From a virus (lineage: Duplodnaviria; Caudoviricetes), in IMG/VR virus record IMGVR_UViG_3300044541_000053, positions 1 through 41,931 of that record: 41,931 nt of DNA; one strand, given 5' to 3'. Under the pieces are notes generated by a model. That model was given only the letters and a program-made list of their open reading frames with translations. It did no database searches and had not been told where the DNA came from. Below are positions 8,783 to 17,572 of the stretch, one piece after another (the stretch's first letter is position 1; each line of letters opens with the position of its first letter). The position numbers and the translations under genes are program-made.

Positions 8783-11161
8783 ATGGACGTCCAGCTTCCC
8801 GACGGCACGATGCTCAAGGACATCCCCGACGGGACCACCAAGAGCCAGATTGCGACCAAGCTCAAGAGCTCCGGTCACGCCGTGCCCGATGACTGGCTGA
8901 CGCCGGCGGCACCGAAGAATCCGAACAAGGTCCACGACCTGGTTGCCGATGCCGACATCGCCGCCTCCGCGATCACAGGCGGTGTTGCATCACTCGCGGG
9001 CGGCATCGTCAAAGCCGGCGGCTACGCGAACCAGGCTTTAGGAATTGAAAAGGGCGATGCGAGCAAGGCCGCGGCGAAGCTCGAGGATGCACTCACCTGG
9101 GAGCCGAAGACCGACAAGGGCAAAGCGGTGATGGCGGATGTCTCCAAGGGCCTGCAAGCGTTCGAGGAATGGACCGATCGGCGTGGAGAGGATGCGACCA
9201 AGGCGATCGCCGCGGCGGGCACCAAAGCCGCCGAAGTCGCAAAGAGCATGGGCGCGCCGCAAAGCGTGGTCGACTTCATCGATCGGCACAAAGACCAAGT
9301 CGCGGCCGCGTATGGTTCTGCTACCAAGACGGGCTTGAATGCGGCGCCGCTGGCCCTCGGCGGCGAGCTGAGTAAAGTCGCCAAGATTCCGGGCAAGCCG
9401 GGTGAGGCCGTTGGCCGCGGCGAAGTGCCTGCAGCGCCGGTCGCTGCACCGGCGCCCGCGGCGGCTGAGTTATCACTCGCGCCGTCGCCGCCTCGTCCTG
9501 TGCCTGCGGTGTCTCCTGCGCCGGCACCCGCAGCGGCACCGCTCGAAGTCGCTCCCACTTCTCCACGTGGAACGCCCTCCACGATCGGTGAAGGCCCACT
9601 TCCTGCCACCGCTTCCGCAACGGCCAGCGCCACTGCACGAGCACAAGCCTATGTACGTGATCGCCTTGGTCTTAGCTGGGATGTTCTTGGGGAGGCGACG
9701 CGTAAAAAGCTGGAAACTGTTGCCGCCGACGCGCAAGGACTCGACCGACTCAACCCCGAGGCCGTCAAGCGCCAGGCGCACCTGGAGAGCCTGCCCGTCC
9801 CCATCAAGACCACCGCCGGCCGTCTCAACCGTGACAACACACAGCTACTCAAGGAAGAGGGAGCAATGGTCACTCGAGCAGGTAAGTCCATCGAGAATAT
9901 TGATATCGAAGCAAACCGAGGAATACGTGCAAACGTCGACTACCTCATCAACAAGCTCAAGGGAGTAGGCCAGAGCCGCGCGACCGCCACCGATCGCGAA
10001 GGCGTGGGCCGCACGGTCGCTGGGCGCGGTGAGGATCCCGGAGCACTCACCACGAAGCAGCGCCAGGCGAAGGCGAAGACCAAGTCTGCCTATGACCTCG
10101 CGCGCAAGACCGAGCCCGAAGCCGAGGGTAACGCGGCTCCCCTCTTCGAGTTCTTCAAGGACAACCCCTCCGTGCAGCACGTGGGCTGGATGTCCGACTG
10201 GCTGCAAAAAGCGAAGGTCGCGATGCCGGAAGGCACGGACGTGCCGAACCGCGGCGTCAAGCTCGAGGAGCTCGATGACCTGCGCAAGAAGGCGGGGCGC
10301 ATCAACCCCACCCATCCGGATGCGCACTACGCGGGCCAGGTGATGGAGGCTATCGACAAGATCTTCGAGGACATCCCGGCGGCCGCCAAGAACTGGAAGG
10401 CTGCGCGCGAAGCGCACCAGGCCGAGCGCGGCGAGTTTAAGAACCAGGAAGCGATCGACCGCCTGGTCGGTACCAAGGGCGGTCGCTACGGCACCGACCC
10501 CAAGACCGCGCTCGAGGATGTGTGGAAGGTCTCGGTGAAGAGCGCCAAGCTCGAGCAGATCCGCACGTTGAAACGCTCGCTGCTCTCTGGTGAGAACGCC
10601 GCCACCCGCCTGCAGGGCAAGAAGGCGCTGCGCGAGTTGCGCGCCGAGACCGCGCGCAACATGCTCACCGAGATCACCAAGGGAGTGTCGACCAACGCCA
10701 AAGGTGAGGCCAACATCACGGCCGAAGGGATCAACAATTGGATCAAGGGCATGGGGGATGGCACCGTCGAGGGTGGAATTGAAAAGCTCAATGTGGTCTG
10801 GGGACGGCGCGCCACTCGGATGCTCATGGACATTCGCGAGGCGGCGCAGATCACCAAGACTGCGCCCACCACGCGCACCTCGGGCTCGAACACCTTCAGC
10901 CGCATCTTGAACTGGATCGACGACACCGGCATGGGCGACACCGTGAAGGGCATCGCTGGTACACCGGTGAAGCTCGCCGAGATGGCGTGGAAGGCGGGTG
11001 AGGGTGGCCGCGTCGCGCGCTCGGCCGAGAAGACCGCGACCGAGGCCGGCGAGAAGGCGGGCCAGGCCGCGCGATTGCGTGAGGGCGAGGGACTCCTGCG
11101 CCAGCGCCAGGAGGCCGAACGCAAACGGCCGCGACCGCCCACCTACGGCGATCGGGAGTGA
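8783..11161 (+). CDS. Large DNA ejection protein (gp16 position)
   Basis: MDVQLPDGT..DIPDGTT N-terminus typical of ejection proteins; Ala-rich and helical with a Pro-rich linker. Confidence 0.65.
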   Translation: MDVQLPDGTMLKDIPDGTTKSQIATKLKSSGHAVPDDWLTPAAPKNPNKVHDLVADADIAASAITGGVASLAGGIVKAGGYANQALGIEKGDASKAAAKLEDALTWEPKTDKGKAVMADVSKGLQAFEEWTDRRGEDATKAIAAAGTKAAEVAKSMGAPQSVVDFIDRHKDQVAAAYGSATKTGLNAAPLALGGELSKVAKIPGKPGEAVGRGEVPAAPVAAPAPAAAELSLAPSPPRPVPAVSPAPAPAAAPLEVAPTSPRGTPSTIGEGPLPATASATASATARAQAYVRDRLGLSWDVLGEATRKKLETVAADAQGLDRLNPEAVKRQAHLESLPVPIKTTAGRLNRDNTQLLKEEGAMVTRAGKSIENIDIEANRGIRANVDYLINKLKGVGQSRATATDREGVGRTVAGRGEDPGALTTKQRQAKAKTKSAYDLARKTEPEAEGNAAPLFEFFKDNPSVQHVGWMSDWLQKAKVAMPEGTDVPNRGVKLEELDDLRKKAGRINPTHPDAHYAGQVMEAIDKIFEDIPAAAKNWKAAREAHQAERGEFKNQEAIDRLVGTKGGRYGTDPKTALEDVWKVSVKSAKLEQIRTLKRSLLSGENAATRLQGKKALRELRAETARNMLTEITKGVSTNAKGEANITAEGINNWIKGMGDGTVEGGIEKLNVVWGRRATRMLMDIREAAQITKTAPTTRTSGSNTFSRILNWIDDTGMGDTVKGIAGTPVKLAEMAWKAGEGGRVARSAEKTATEAGEKAGQAARLREGEGLLRQRQEAERKRPRPPTYGDRE

Positions 11162-12480
11162 AGGTGCTCATCATCGAAATGGAAGACGCCGGCTGCGCGC
11201 TGCCGTTCGCGCTCGCCTGCATCAAGGCCGATCACGAGGTGCGGTATTTCTTACGGAAACAGAACAACCAGACCATCGGCGAGGGTTTCAAGGGACTCAC
11301 GAAGGTGGACAACTGGGTGCCGTCCGCCACCCAATGGGCGGATCTCGTAGTCGCGAGCGGCAACGACGAGTTCGTGCCGAAGTTGGAAGCCCTGCGCAAA
11401 CACGGCGTCCAAGTGTTCGGGCCAAGTGTTGCCTCCGCCAACCTTGAGATCAAGCGCGAGCTCGGCATGAAGTTCTTCGAGAAGGCCGGTATCGACATCC
11501 CGCCCTATGAAGTGTTTAAAAGCCTCGCCGACGCCCAAGCGCACGTGCGGAAGAAACCCGAGCGCTACGTATTCAAAACGCTGGGGTCGGAGGAGGACAA
11601 GAGCCTCTCGTACGTCGGCAAGAGCGCGGCGGACATGGTCGCGCGCCTCGAGCGCTGGCAGAAATTGAAGCTCGATCCCAAAGGGCCGGTGATGCTGCAG
11701 AGCTTTGTCGCCGGCCTCGAGCTCGGGGTCTCGCGCTGGATGGGCAAGGACGGCTTCATAGGCCCGTACAACGAGAACTTCGAGCACAAGAAACTCCTCT
11801 CCGGGAATTGCGGCCCCAACTGCGGCGAGGCGGGTACCGTGATGAAGTACGTCGACAAGAGCCTGCTGGGTTCCATGATGCTCGATCCGCTCGAGGATGC
11901 GCTGGTGAAGATGGGGCACTTGGGCGATATCGATGTGAATTGCATCATCGCCGAGGACGGCAAGCCGTATCCGCTCGAGTTTACCTGCCGCTGGGGCCAT
12001 CCGGCCTCGACCATCATGTGGGCCGTGCATAAGGGCGATCCGGCGCAGTGGATGTTGGACGCGTGCGAGGGCGAGGACACCATGGAGGTGGACTACTCGA
12101 TCGCCTGCGGCATCGTATTAGCCCAGCCCGACTACCCGTACTCCAAGGCTACGAAAGCCGAGACGTTGGACATTCCGATCTACGGGCCCTCGTCGGGCAA
12201 TAAAAAATACGTCCACCCGCAGAGCGTGAAGATGGCGACCTTGCCGGCGATGAAGGACGACCAAGTAGTCAGCAAAAAGATGTGGGCGACCTGCGGCGAT
12301 TACGTCGCGGTGGTGACCGGCACCGGCAAGAGCGTGCGCCAGGCGTGCGAGCGTGCCTACAAGGTGGTCAAGGAAATCGAGATCCCCGACGTGATGTACC
12401 GCGATGACATCGGCGAGAAGCTCGAGGAGGAACTGCCGCAGCTCCACAAACACGGCTTTGCAACGGAGTTCAAATTCTAA
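11158..12480 (+). CDS. PurD (phosphoribosylamine-glycine ligase)-like ATP-grasp ligase
   Basis: VFGPS..SANLEIKR..GMKFFEKAGI, EHKKL..GNCGPNCGEAG, PLEFTCRWG.P, TGTGKSVRQA..AY, YRDDIG, all matching the PurD layout. Confidence 0.85.
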   Translation: MKVLIIEMEDAGCALPFALACIKADHEVRYFLRKQNNQTIGEGFKGLTKVDNWVPSATQWADLVVASGNDEFVPKLEALRKHGVQVFGPSVASANLEIKRELGMKFFEKAGIDIPPYEVFKSLADAQAHVRKKPERYVFKTLGSEEDKSLSYVGKSAADMVARLERWQKLKLDPKGPVMLQSFVAGLELGVSRWMGKDGFIGPYNENFEHKKLLSGNCGPNCGEAGTVMKYVDKSLLGSMMLDPLEDALVKMGHLGDIDVNCIIAEDGKPYPLEFTCRWGHPASTIMWAVHKGDPAQWMLDACEGEDTMEVDYSIACGIVLAQPDYPYSKATKAETLDIPIYGPSSGNKKYVHPQSVKMATLPAMKDDQVVSKKMWATCGDYVAVVTGTGKSVRQACERAYKVVKEIEIPDVMYRDDIGEKLEEELPQLHKHGFATEFKF

Positions 12481-13472
12481 TGGCAACGATGTATCTCTCG
12501 CCCGCCGGCATGCTGCTGCAGCAGCTCTCGAATCTGGGCGTGCCGCTCAACCACGGCTTAGTGCTCATCACGGTGGCGGGCTCGGTCTCGACCTTGCAGG
12601 TCACCTACACGGATTCGACCGGCCTGGTCCAGAACGCAAACCCGATCGAGTTGAATAGCGCCGGGCGCCTGGCCGCGAACAACGCGCCGGTCTCGATCTG
12701 GGTGCCCGCCAATACGCCGCACCGGGTGACCGTCACCGACTCGGCCGGCAATCTGCTCTCGGGCGGCACGTCGTTGGACAACCTCTACGGCATCAACGAT
12801 CCCACCTCGCAGAACACCAACCTCGCCAACCCGGCGACCGGTTTCGGCGCGGATCTCGTCGCGAACGCCATGCGCTCCTACGATGTGCTCGCCTCGGTGC
12901 GCGCCGCCAATGCGCCCACCTTGATCTCCGGGCAGACGCTGGTGATCGATGTCGAGGGCGGCACCTTCGTGAACGACAGCAATGGCGGTATTTTCTATTG
13001 GGACGCCGCCTCGACCGCGAGCGATGACGGATCGACGGTCATCAAGCCGAACAGCATTCTGGTGGGCAATCCCGGCCGCTACCTGCGCCAGGGGAACCTG
13101 TTTGGCTCCTCGGGCACCTTCCCGGTGACGGTCACCGGCTGCACCACCTCGCCGGTGCTGAACGTCGCCTATGTGAGGAACGGCAACCAGATCATCGCCT
13201 CCGTCCCCGGCAGCGGCAACTTGACCAGCAACTCCACCGGCTTTGGGCTCACCGGCTGGCCCAGCCAGTTGCGCGGCGTCAACAACGGCGCGACCAGTGG
13301 CCTCTTTGGTGCGACCGACAACACCGTGCTCGGCCTCTCGGCCTTCGGCTCGATCGCGAATCAGGTCGGCAGCAGTAGCATGATCCTGACGTTGAACAAC
13401 GCCACGCTGACCTGGACCGCCGCGGGCACCAAGGCCTTTCAGCCGTTCGTCTTTCCCTACATCGCCACCTGA
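12480..13472 (+). CDS. Tail fibre/tailspike with a P22-type head-binding N-terminus
   Basis: GVPL..G.V....AG...TYTD..G...NANPIELNSAGR N-terminal motif; GGIFYWD...DDG..VIKP module. Confidence 0.78.
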   Translation: MATMYLSPAGMLLQQLSNLGVPLNHGLVLITVAGSVSTLQVTYTDSTGLVQNANPIELNSAGRLAANNAPVSIWVPANTPHRVTVTDSAGNLLSGGTSLDNLYGINDPTSQNTNLANPATGFGADLVANAMRSYDVLASVRAANAPTLISGQTLVIDVEGGTFVNDSNGGIFYWDAASTASDDGSTVIKPNSILVGNPGRYLRQGNLFGSSGTFPVTVTGCTTSPVLNVAYVRNGNQIIASVPGSGNLTSNSTGFGLTGWPSQLRGVNNGATSGLFGATDNTVLGLSAFGSIANQVGSSSMILTLNNATLTWTAAGTKAFQPFVFPYIAT

Positions 13473-13474
13473 GC

Positions 13475-13942
13475 ATGAACCCGGCAACCGAAGTCCAGCT
13501 GCGCCACGAGCTGCGCGGCGATGAGGGCGAAGTGCTCAGGGTGTACGACGATGCGACCGGCAAGATGATCGGCCCGGGCATGCTGGTCAAGGGCAATCCG
13601 ACCGTGGGAGTCGGCCGCAACTTAAGCGGCCGCGGCATCACCCTGGCGGAAGCGGAGCATCTCCTGTCGAACGACATCGAGTGTTGCGAGCGCGAGCTCG
13701 CCGACAGCATGCCGTGGATCACAACTCTCACCGCCGGCCGCCAGACCGTGATCTATAGCCTGTACTTCAACGTCGGTCTCGGTAACCCTGCGCGCTTCCA
13801 AGCCAAGTGGCCGCACTTCCTCGAGCAGATGCGCACAGGACAGTACGGGCCCGCGGCGGACAACCTGGAGTCATCGCAGCCATGGGCGACGCAAGTGGGA
13901 CCGAGAGCGCAGCGCCTGGGCGAGCTCGTGCGCTATGGATAA
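13475..13942 (+). CDS. Endolysin, T4-lysozyme-like (GH24) muramidase
   Basis: LRGDEG..LRVYDD.TG...PTVGVGRNL catalytic region; WATQVGPRAQRL C-terminus. Confidence 0.9.
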   Translation: MNPATEVQLRHELRGDEGEVLRVYDDATGKMIGPGMLVKGNPTVGVGRNLSGRGITLAEAEHLLSNDIECCERELADSMPWITTLTAGRQTVIYSLYFNVGLGNPARFQAKWPHFLEQMRTGQYGPAADNLESSQPWATQVGPRAQRLGELVRYG

Positions 13943-14103
13943 TCTTTTGGAAGAACCGCACCAAGTTCGCGGGCTACGCGGGCGTGATCGCGGGAGCCGT
14001 GCAGATGGCGCAAGCCGCGGGCGCGGGCTGGCACACGTTGCTGCTTGGCGCCGCGGTTGCGGCGATCGGGCACTACAACGACATCCATGTCGGCCAGTCA
14101 TGA
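13882..14103 (+). CDS. Putative holin with two hydrophobic segments; start uncertain
   Basis: WKNRTKFAGYAGVIAGAV...HTLLLGAAVAAIGHYN; the nearest in-frame ATG is 13882 (GGAG upstream), overlapping the endolysin end. Confidence 0.5.
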   Translation: MGDASGTESAAPGRARALWIIFWKNRTKFAGYAGVIAGAVQMAQAAGAGWHTLLLGAAVAAIGHYNDIHVGQS

Positions 14104-14363
14104 GCCCGCGCAACGAGTACAGCGATACGGTGCGCGATCTGCACGAGTTGATCCGCCGCGAGGCCGGCGACAAACGCGGCACGCTCGCCGCCAATGTCGA
14201 TAAGATGGCTACCCAACTGGAGCGCCAGCGCGACGAGATCAGCAACTTCAAGGTGCTCGTCGAACGCGTCGATAATCTGACCTGGCTGGTGCGCGGCGTG
14301 TTCGTCGTGTGCGCGCTAGAGATCGTCGCCGGCCTCGTGGTTGGCCTCCTGCTGCGCCACTGA
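14100..14363 (+). CDS. Coiled-coil protein with a C-terminal TM helix (holin/antiholin-like)
   Basis: ATGA overlap; C-terminal WLVRGVFVVCALEIVAGLVVGLLL; lysis cassette. Confidence 0.6.
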   Translation: MSPRNEYSDTVRDLHELIRREAGDKRGTLAANVDKMATQLERQRDEISNFKVLVERVDNLTWLVRGVFVVCALEIVAGLVVGLLLRH

Positions 14364-14375
14364 ACAGGAGACCGA

Positions 14376-14639
14376 GTGAATACAAGTCGACGACAGGCAG
14401 CGAAGGACCGCGCCGCCCGCATCGCGGCCGGCATCGAAGACAGTAAGGCGCTGACCGAGAGTCTGCAGAAGGCGTGCGATTCATTGGAAGCGGCGCGCAG
14501 CCAAATGGACATGGCGGAAGGGGAGCTGCGCGGTCAGGCGTACGTCATCAAAGAGCGGCTCCTCTGGCTCATCAGCGAATTCGACAAGCTGCGCACCGAC
14601 ATCACCGCGATCAAGCTCGAGGAGAGCCCAACGCCGTGA
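14376..14639 (+). CDS. Hypothetical coiled-coil protein
   Basis: RBS AGGAG, GTG start, typical codon usage. Confidence 0.65.
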   Translation: MNTSRRQAAKDRAARIAAGIEDSKALTESLQKACDSLEAARSQMDMAEGELRGQAYVIKERLLWLISEFDKLRTDITAIKLEESPTP

Positions 14640-15091
14640 GCATCGCCACCTACGTGATCGCCGTCCTGGCGGCTTTGCTCGCCGCGTTCTTCTTCGGCTA
14701 CTACCAGGGCAGCCTCGCGATCGAGGTCAAGGATCAGAAGGCCGTCATCAAGCAGCAGTCGCAGGAGCAGGTTCAGGCCCACGCCGACGCCACCGCCATT
14801 TCGACCGAAGCGAAGGACTATGCCCATGCCGTCTCTCAAGCGATCAATGAGCCTAATCCTGCCCCTGCTGTTGTGTGCGTGCGCAAGTACACCGCGCCTC
14901 GGCAGCTGTCATCCGCCGCAGCCCCCGGATCCGTCCCTGATGCAGACGGTGGACTACCAGCAGCAGCTGGTGGATCTGTTCAACCAGTTACCGACATCAG
15001 CAAGCCCGCCACCGTCATCGGCGCCACCGCCAACGCCCAGGTAGCGGGCCTCAAGGACTACATCACCCGGGTGTGTCTGGCAAAACGATGA
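14636..15091 (+). CDS. Rz: i-spanin (Rz-like)
   Basis: N-terminal TM helix, periplasmic coiled coil, C-terminal QVAGLKDYI..VC; contains a nested lipoprotein ORF. Confidence 0.85.
   Translation: MSIATYVIAVLAALLAAFFFGYYQGSLAIEVKDQKAVIKQQSQEQVQAHADATAISTEAKDYAHAVSQAINEPNPAPAVVCVRKYTAPRQLSSAAAPGSVPDADGGLPAAAGGSVQPVTDISKPATVIGATANAQVAGLKDYITRVCLAKR
14820..15044 (+). CDS. Rz1: o-spanin (Rz1-like) lipoprotein embedded in Rz, +1 frame
   Basis: Lipobox LLLCAC followed by a Pro-rich mature region (CHPPQPPDPSLM). Confidence 0.85.
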   Translation: MPMPSLKRSMSLILPLLLCACASTPRLGSCHPPQPPDPSLMQTVDYQQQLVDLFNQLPTSASPPPSSAPPPTPR

Positions 15092-15399
15092 AGCTCCTCG
15101 AGCTCGAGCCCAAGTGGCTATCACCCGATGTGTTTAGCTTCAAGTGTCCGCACTGCCGAGAAACGCTGCTTCTGTGCAAGAGAATCGAGCTTTCGTTTAA
15201 GGACCAGGTGAAGCTCGTCAATCCGACACCGGAGGACGATGAAGACTGGCCGGCTCGCTTCGTGCCGATGAAGACGGAGTGCGCCTGGTCGATCACCGGC
15301 GACTTCACCTCGATGACTGTCACTCCCTCAATCGATGCCTCGGCGAGCGGACACTGGCACGGGCACATCACCAACGGCGAGATCGTGGGCGGCCTCTAA
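15088..15399 (+). CDS. DUF6527-like Cys/His protein
   Basis: FKCPHC ... WSITGDF..MTVTPSID..GHWHGHITNGEI. Confidence 0.65.
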   Translation: MKLLELEPKWLSPDVFSFKCPHCRETLLLCKRIELSFKDQVKLVNPTPEDDEDWPARFVPMKTECAWSITGDFTSMTVTPSIDASASGHWHGHITNGEIVGGL

Positions 15400-15439
15400 C
15401 CGATTCTTAACGCTGTCGCCGACAGCGAACGCTTGCGCC

Positions 15440-15448
15440 TGTGGATAA
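15440..15448 (-). promoter_or_regulatory. Perfect DnaA box (TTATCCACA on the minus strand)
   Basis: TGTGGATAA on the + strand, in non-coding DNA after the late operon. Confidence 0.5.
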
Positions 15449-15467
15449 CTTTCCGGCACCATTGCCG

Positions 15468-15686
15468 CTACAGCGCGATGTAGGGCTCCCCGCTGGCCGG
15501 CTCGGCCTCCGAGTCCAGCGGGGAGTGATTCCCCAACCGCAGCAGCCGCTGTTTCAAATTGTGCTGCTTCACGAACCAATCGAGACACCTGCCCTGGCAG
15601 AAGTGAATGCCGTGCTAGAGGTAGGAGGCGGTCAGGAATCGGCCGCACGAGCGGCAGCGAACCAGCGTGTCACTTTTTGTGCGCAC
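15468..15686 (-). pseudogene. Small Zn-finger-like ORF interrupted by an in-frame TAG (15615-15617)
   Basis: Manual translation: VRTKSDTLVRCRSCGRFLTASYL*HGIHFCQGRCLDWFVKQHNLKQRLL...PYIAL*. Confidence 0.5.
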
Positions 15687-15894
15687 TTAACCGATGCGGT
15701 GAAGATTTATACGGGCAAAAGCGGAACTTGCCGACTTGCGCAAGTTGCCGATCTCCGGGAGAAATCATCGACTTACGGTCGCACCTGGATCTCATAATGC
15801 CGAGGTCGAGGGTTCGAGTCCCTCTCTCACCACCAAAATCAACCACTTGCACGCGCCTTTTTTATCCCCGTTTTGACTGTGTCACTTTCTGTGC
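15667..15894. other. attP region: arm-type repeats and IHF sites flanking the core
   Basis: GTGTCACTTT(T/C)TGTGC at 15667-15682 and 15879-15894; IHF consensus AATCAACCACTTG at 15837-15849; near-consensus AATCATCGACTTA at 15763-15775. Confidence 0.8.
15791..15835 (+). other. attP core: 3' half of tRNA-Met(CAT), anticodon loop to CCA; not a complete tRNA
   Basis: CTCATAA-TGCCG-AGGTC-GAGGG-TTCGAGT-CCCTC-TCTCACC-ACCA; no matching 5' half upstream; abuts the integrase stop. Confidence 0.92.
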
Positions 15895-16987
15895 CCGCAA
15901 TTGAGGAATCTGCACCCGCCGGCTGCACTTTCGCCACTTCGGCCGCGGGGCCCAGCGCCGAGGTTTCCGCGTACTGCGCGAGGTGTCCGGGATCCAAGTG
16001 CGCATAGCGCATCGGCATCTCCAAGGTTGCCCAGCCGCCCAACTCCTGCAGCATCTTCAACGGCGTGCCGCCCTGCACGTGCCAGCTCGCCCAGCTGTGG
16101 CGCATGGAGTGGAAGGTCACGCCCTCGAGGCCGCACTCCTTGACCACCCGGCGCCACATCCGCGTCGCCACCTGGGTGATCGGCGCGCGCTGCCGGAAGC
16201 AGAAGACGTACCGCTCGTGCACGCCTTGCCATTGTTGGAGGATAGATATCGCATCGGAATTCAGCGGTACCGTGATGCCGCGCTTGCGGCCTTTGGCGTT
16301 CGAGGCCGGCACATAGTAGGTCCCGCGCTTCAAATCCACACGGTTCCATTCCATGCCGGTCACGTTCGAGCGGCGCATCCCGGTGGCCAGCGCCATGATC
16401 ATCATGCCGCGGGTGTGCGGCGGAAATTTGCCCAAGAGCGTGTGCGCCTGCTCGCGCGAGACCCAGAGCGGATCCACCTCCTCGAGGCGGAACAGGGGCA
16501 CCTTCGGACAGGCATCGAGCATGCCCCAGTTCGTGCCGTCCTTCGTGTCGCCGGCGCAGCGTTTGAGGATGGAACGCAGCACGGCGAGATCCCGGTTGAT
16601 CGTCGCCGGCGCCAGCGGTACCGGCTTCTTGTCGGCGTTCTGGTAGGTGTGGCGAGTGAGGGCGGTGCGGATCTTGACGATGTTTTCCCGGGTGATTTCG
16701 GCCAGGGGTGAGCCGGTCAGGAAGCGGTTGAGCCGTTCGATCGAGCGCTCGGTGCGCTCCCAGGAGGCCTGGTGGGAATCCTCGGCCGTGCACTGCGCCA
16801 CCGCCTGCTCCCAGGTGAAGTGCTTCTCGCCTAGTTTGATTTGCCGCCAGAGAGCACGGCGAAGGTCCTCTTCGAGCTCCTCGGCGGCGGCTCGGTCAGT
16901 GACGCCAGATGAGCGTCTAACCGGGCGCCCAGCGATTTTGAAGCGGATCTGCCAATAGGGGGAATCGTCACGTCGGCTGACAGGCAT
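15839..16987 (-). CDS. int: Tyrosine integrase (P22 Int-like)
   Basis: TGMRRSNV, FHSMRHSWASW, LGGW and RYAHL catalytic motifs; next to attP. Confidence 0.95.
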   Translation of the reverse strand: MPVSRRDDSPYWQIRFKIAGRPVRRSSGVTDRAAAEELEEDLRRALWRQIKLGEKHFTWEQAVAQCTAEDSHQASWERTERSIERLNRFLTGSPLAEITRENIVKIRTALTRHTYQNADKKPVPLAPATINRDLAVLRSILKRCAGDTKDGTNWGMLDACPKVPLFRLEEVDPLWVSREQAHTLLGKFPPHTRGMMIMALATGMRRSNVTGMEWNRVDLKRGTYYVPASNAKGRKRGITVPLNSDAISILQQWQGVHERYVFCFRQRAPITQVATRMWRRVVKECGLEGVTFHSMRHSWASWHVQGGTPLKMLQELGGWATLEMPMRYAHLDPGHLAQYAETSALGPAAEVAKVQPAGADSSIAGTESDTVKTGIKKARASG

Positions 16988-17157
16988 GGTTTGACGTTCT
17001 CCCTCGATTTGGCCGCGATCCATTCGCGCAGCAGAGTTTCATCGAATCGCCACGGTTTGCCAACCTTCACCGCCGGAATGACCCCGCCGGCCGCAAGTGC
17101 CCGGACGGTCTTGGGGCGGACTTTGAGGAGGGCGGCGGCTTCCTCGACGGTGAGCAT
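16831..17157 (-). CDS. xis: Excisionase (HTH_17-type); its C-terminal tail overlaps the 5' end of int
   Basis: MLTVEEAAALLKV..KTVRALA..G.IPAVKVGKPWRF. Confidence 0.88.
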   Translation of the reverse strand: MLTVEEAAALLKVRPKTVRALAAGGVIPAVKVGKPWRFDETLLREWIAAKSRENVKPCLSADVTIPPIGRSASKSLGARLDAHLASLTEPPPRSSKRTFAVLSGGKSN

Positions 17158-17384
17158 CAGGCGGGCCCCTTGGGCATCTCCGCCCAGGCCACGACCTGGG
17201 CGACCTGCTCCTCCTCGTTCCCGTACCCCATGCCATCGACCGAGAACCAGGAGTCGCCGTCGTGATACCCGAGCCACACGGGCTCGCTCGCCTCGGGTGC
17301 GGAGACGAGGACGGTGAGCTCGCTGTCCGGCATCTGATCTTTCACGTCGACCCATTGGATCGACTCGCTGATGAGGACGCTCAT
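17157..17384 (-). CDS. DUF551-like protein
   Basis: WVDVKDQMP....VLV...W.G....W...VVAWAEMPKGP. Confidence 0.75.
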   Translation of the reverse strand: MSVLISESIQWVDVKDQMPDSELTVLVSAPEASEPVWLGYHDGDSWFSVDGMGYGNEEEQVAQVVAWAEMPKGPA

Positions 17385-17572
17385 CGCGGCTCGTACCCCG
17401 CGCGCGCGAGGTCCTTCTGCACTTCGCCGAGCGCATCCCGAATCAGATACGTCTCGAACTCGTCGACCGCGCAGCCGCGCATTTCGGACCAGCCGATGCG
17501 CTTCAAGAATTGAGCGAGCGCCAACGCCTGGGCGGCGGTTAGGTGGACGGAGAGGCGCACGGTGATGCTCAT
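17381..17572 (-). CDS. Conserved-looking hypothetical protein
   Basis: QALALAQFLKRIGW...AVD..E.Y....L...GY.PR; coupled overlaps. Confidence 0.7.
   Translation of the reverse strand: MSITVRLSVHLTAAQALALAQFLKRIGWSEMRGCAVDEFETYLIRDALGEVQKDLARAGYEPR

Noticed and set aside
11158-12480. True purD auxiliary metabolic gene
   Set aside because: The N-terminal substrate loop is divergent, no other purine gene is present, and the context is structural; kept only as PurD-like.
15791-15835. Complete phage tRNA-Met gene
   Set aside because: The upstream sequence cannot form the anticodon stem 5' strand (CGGCA), the D-arm or the acceptor 5' strand; this is an attP core.
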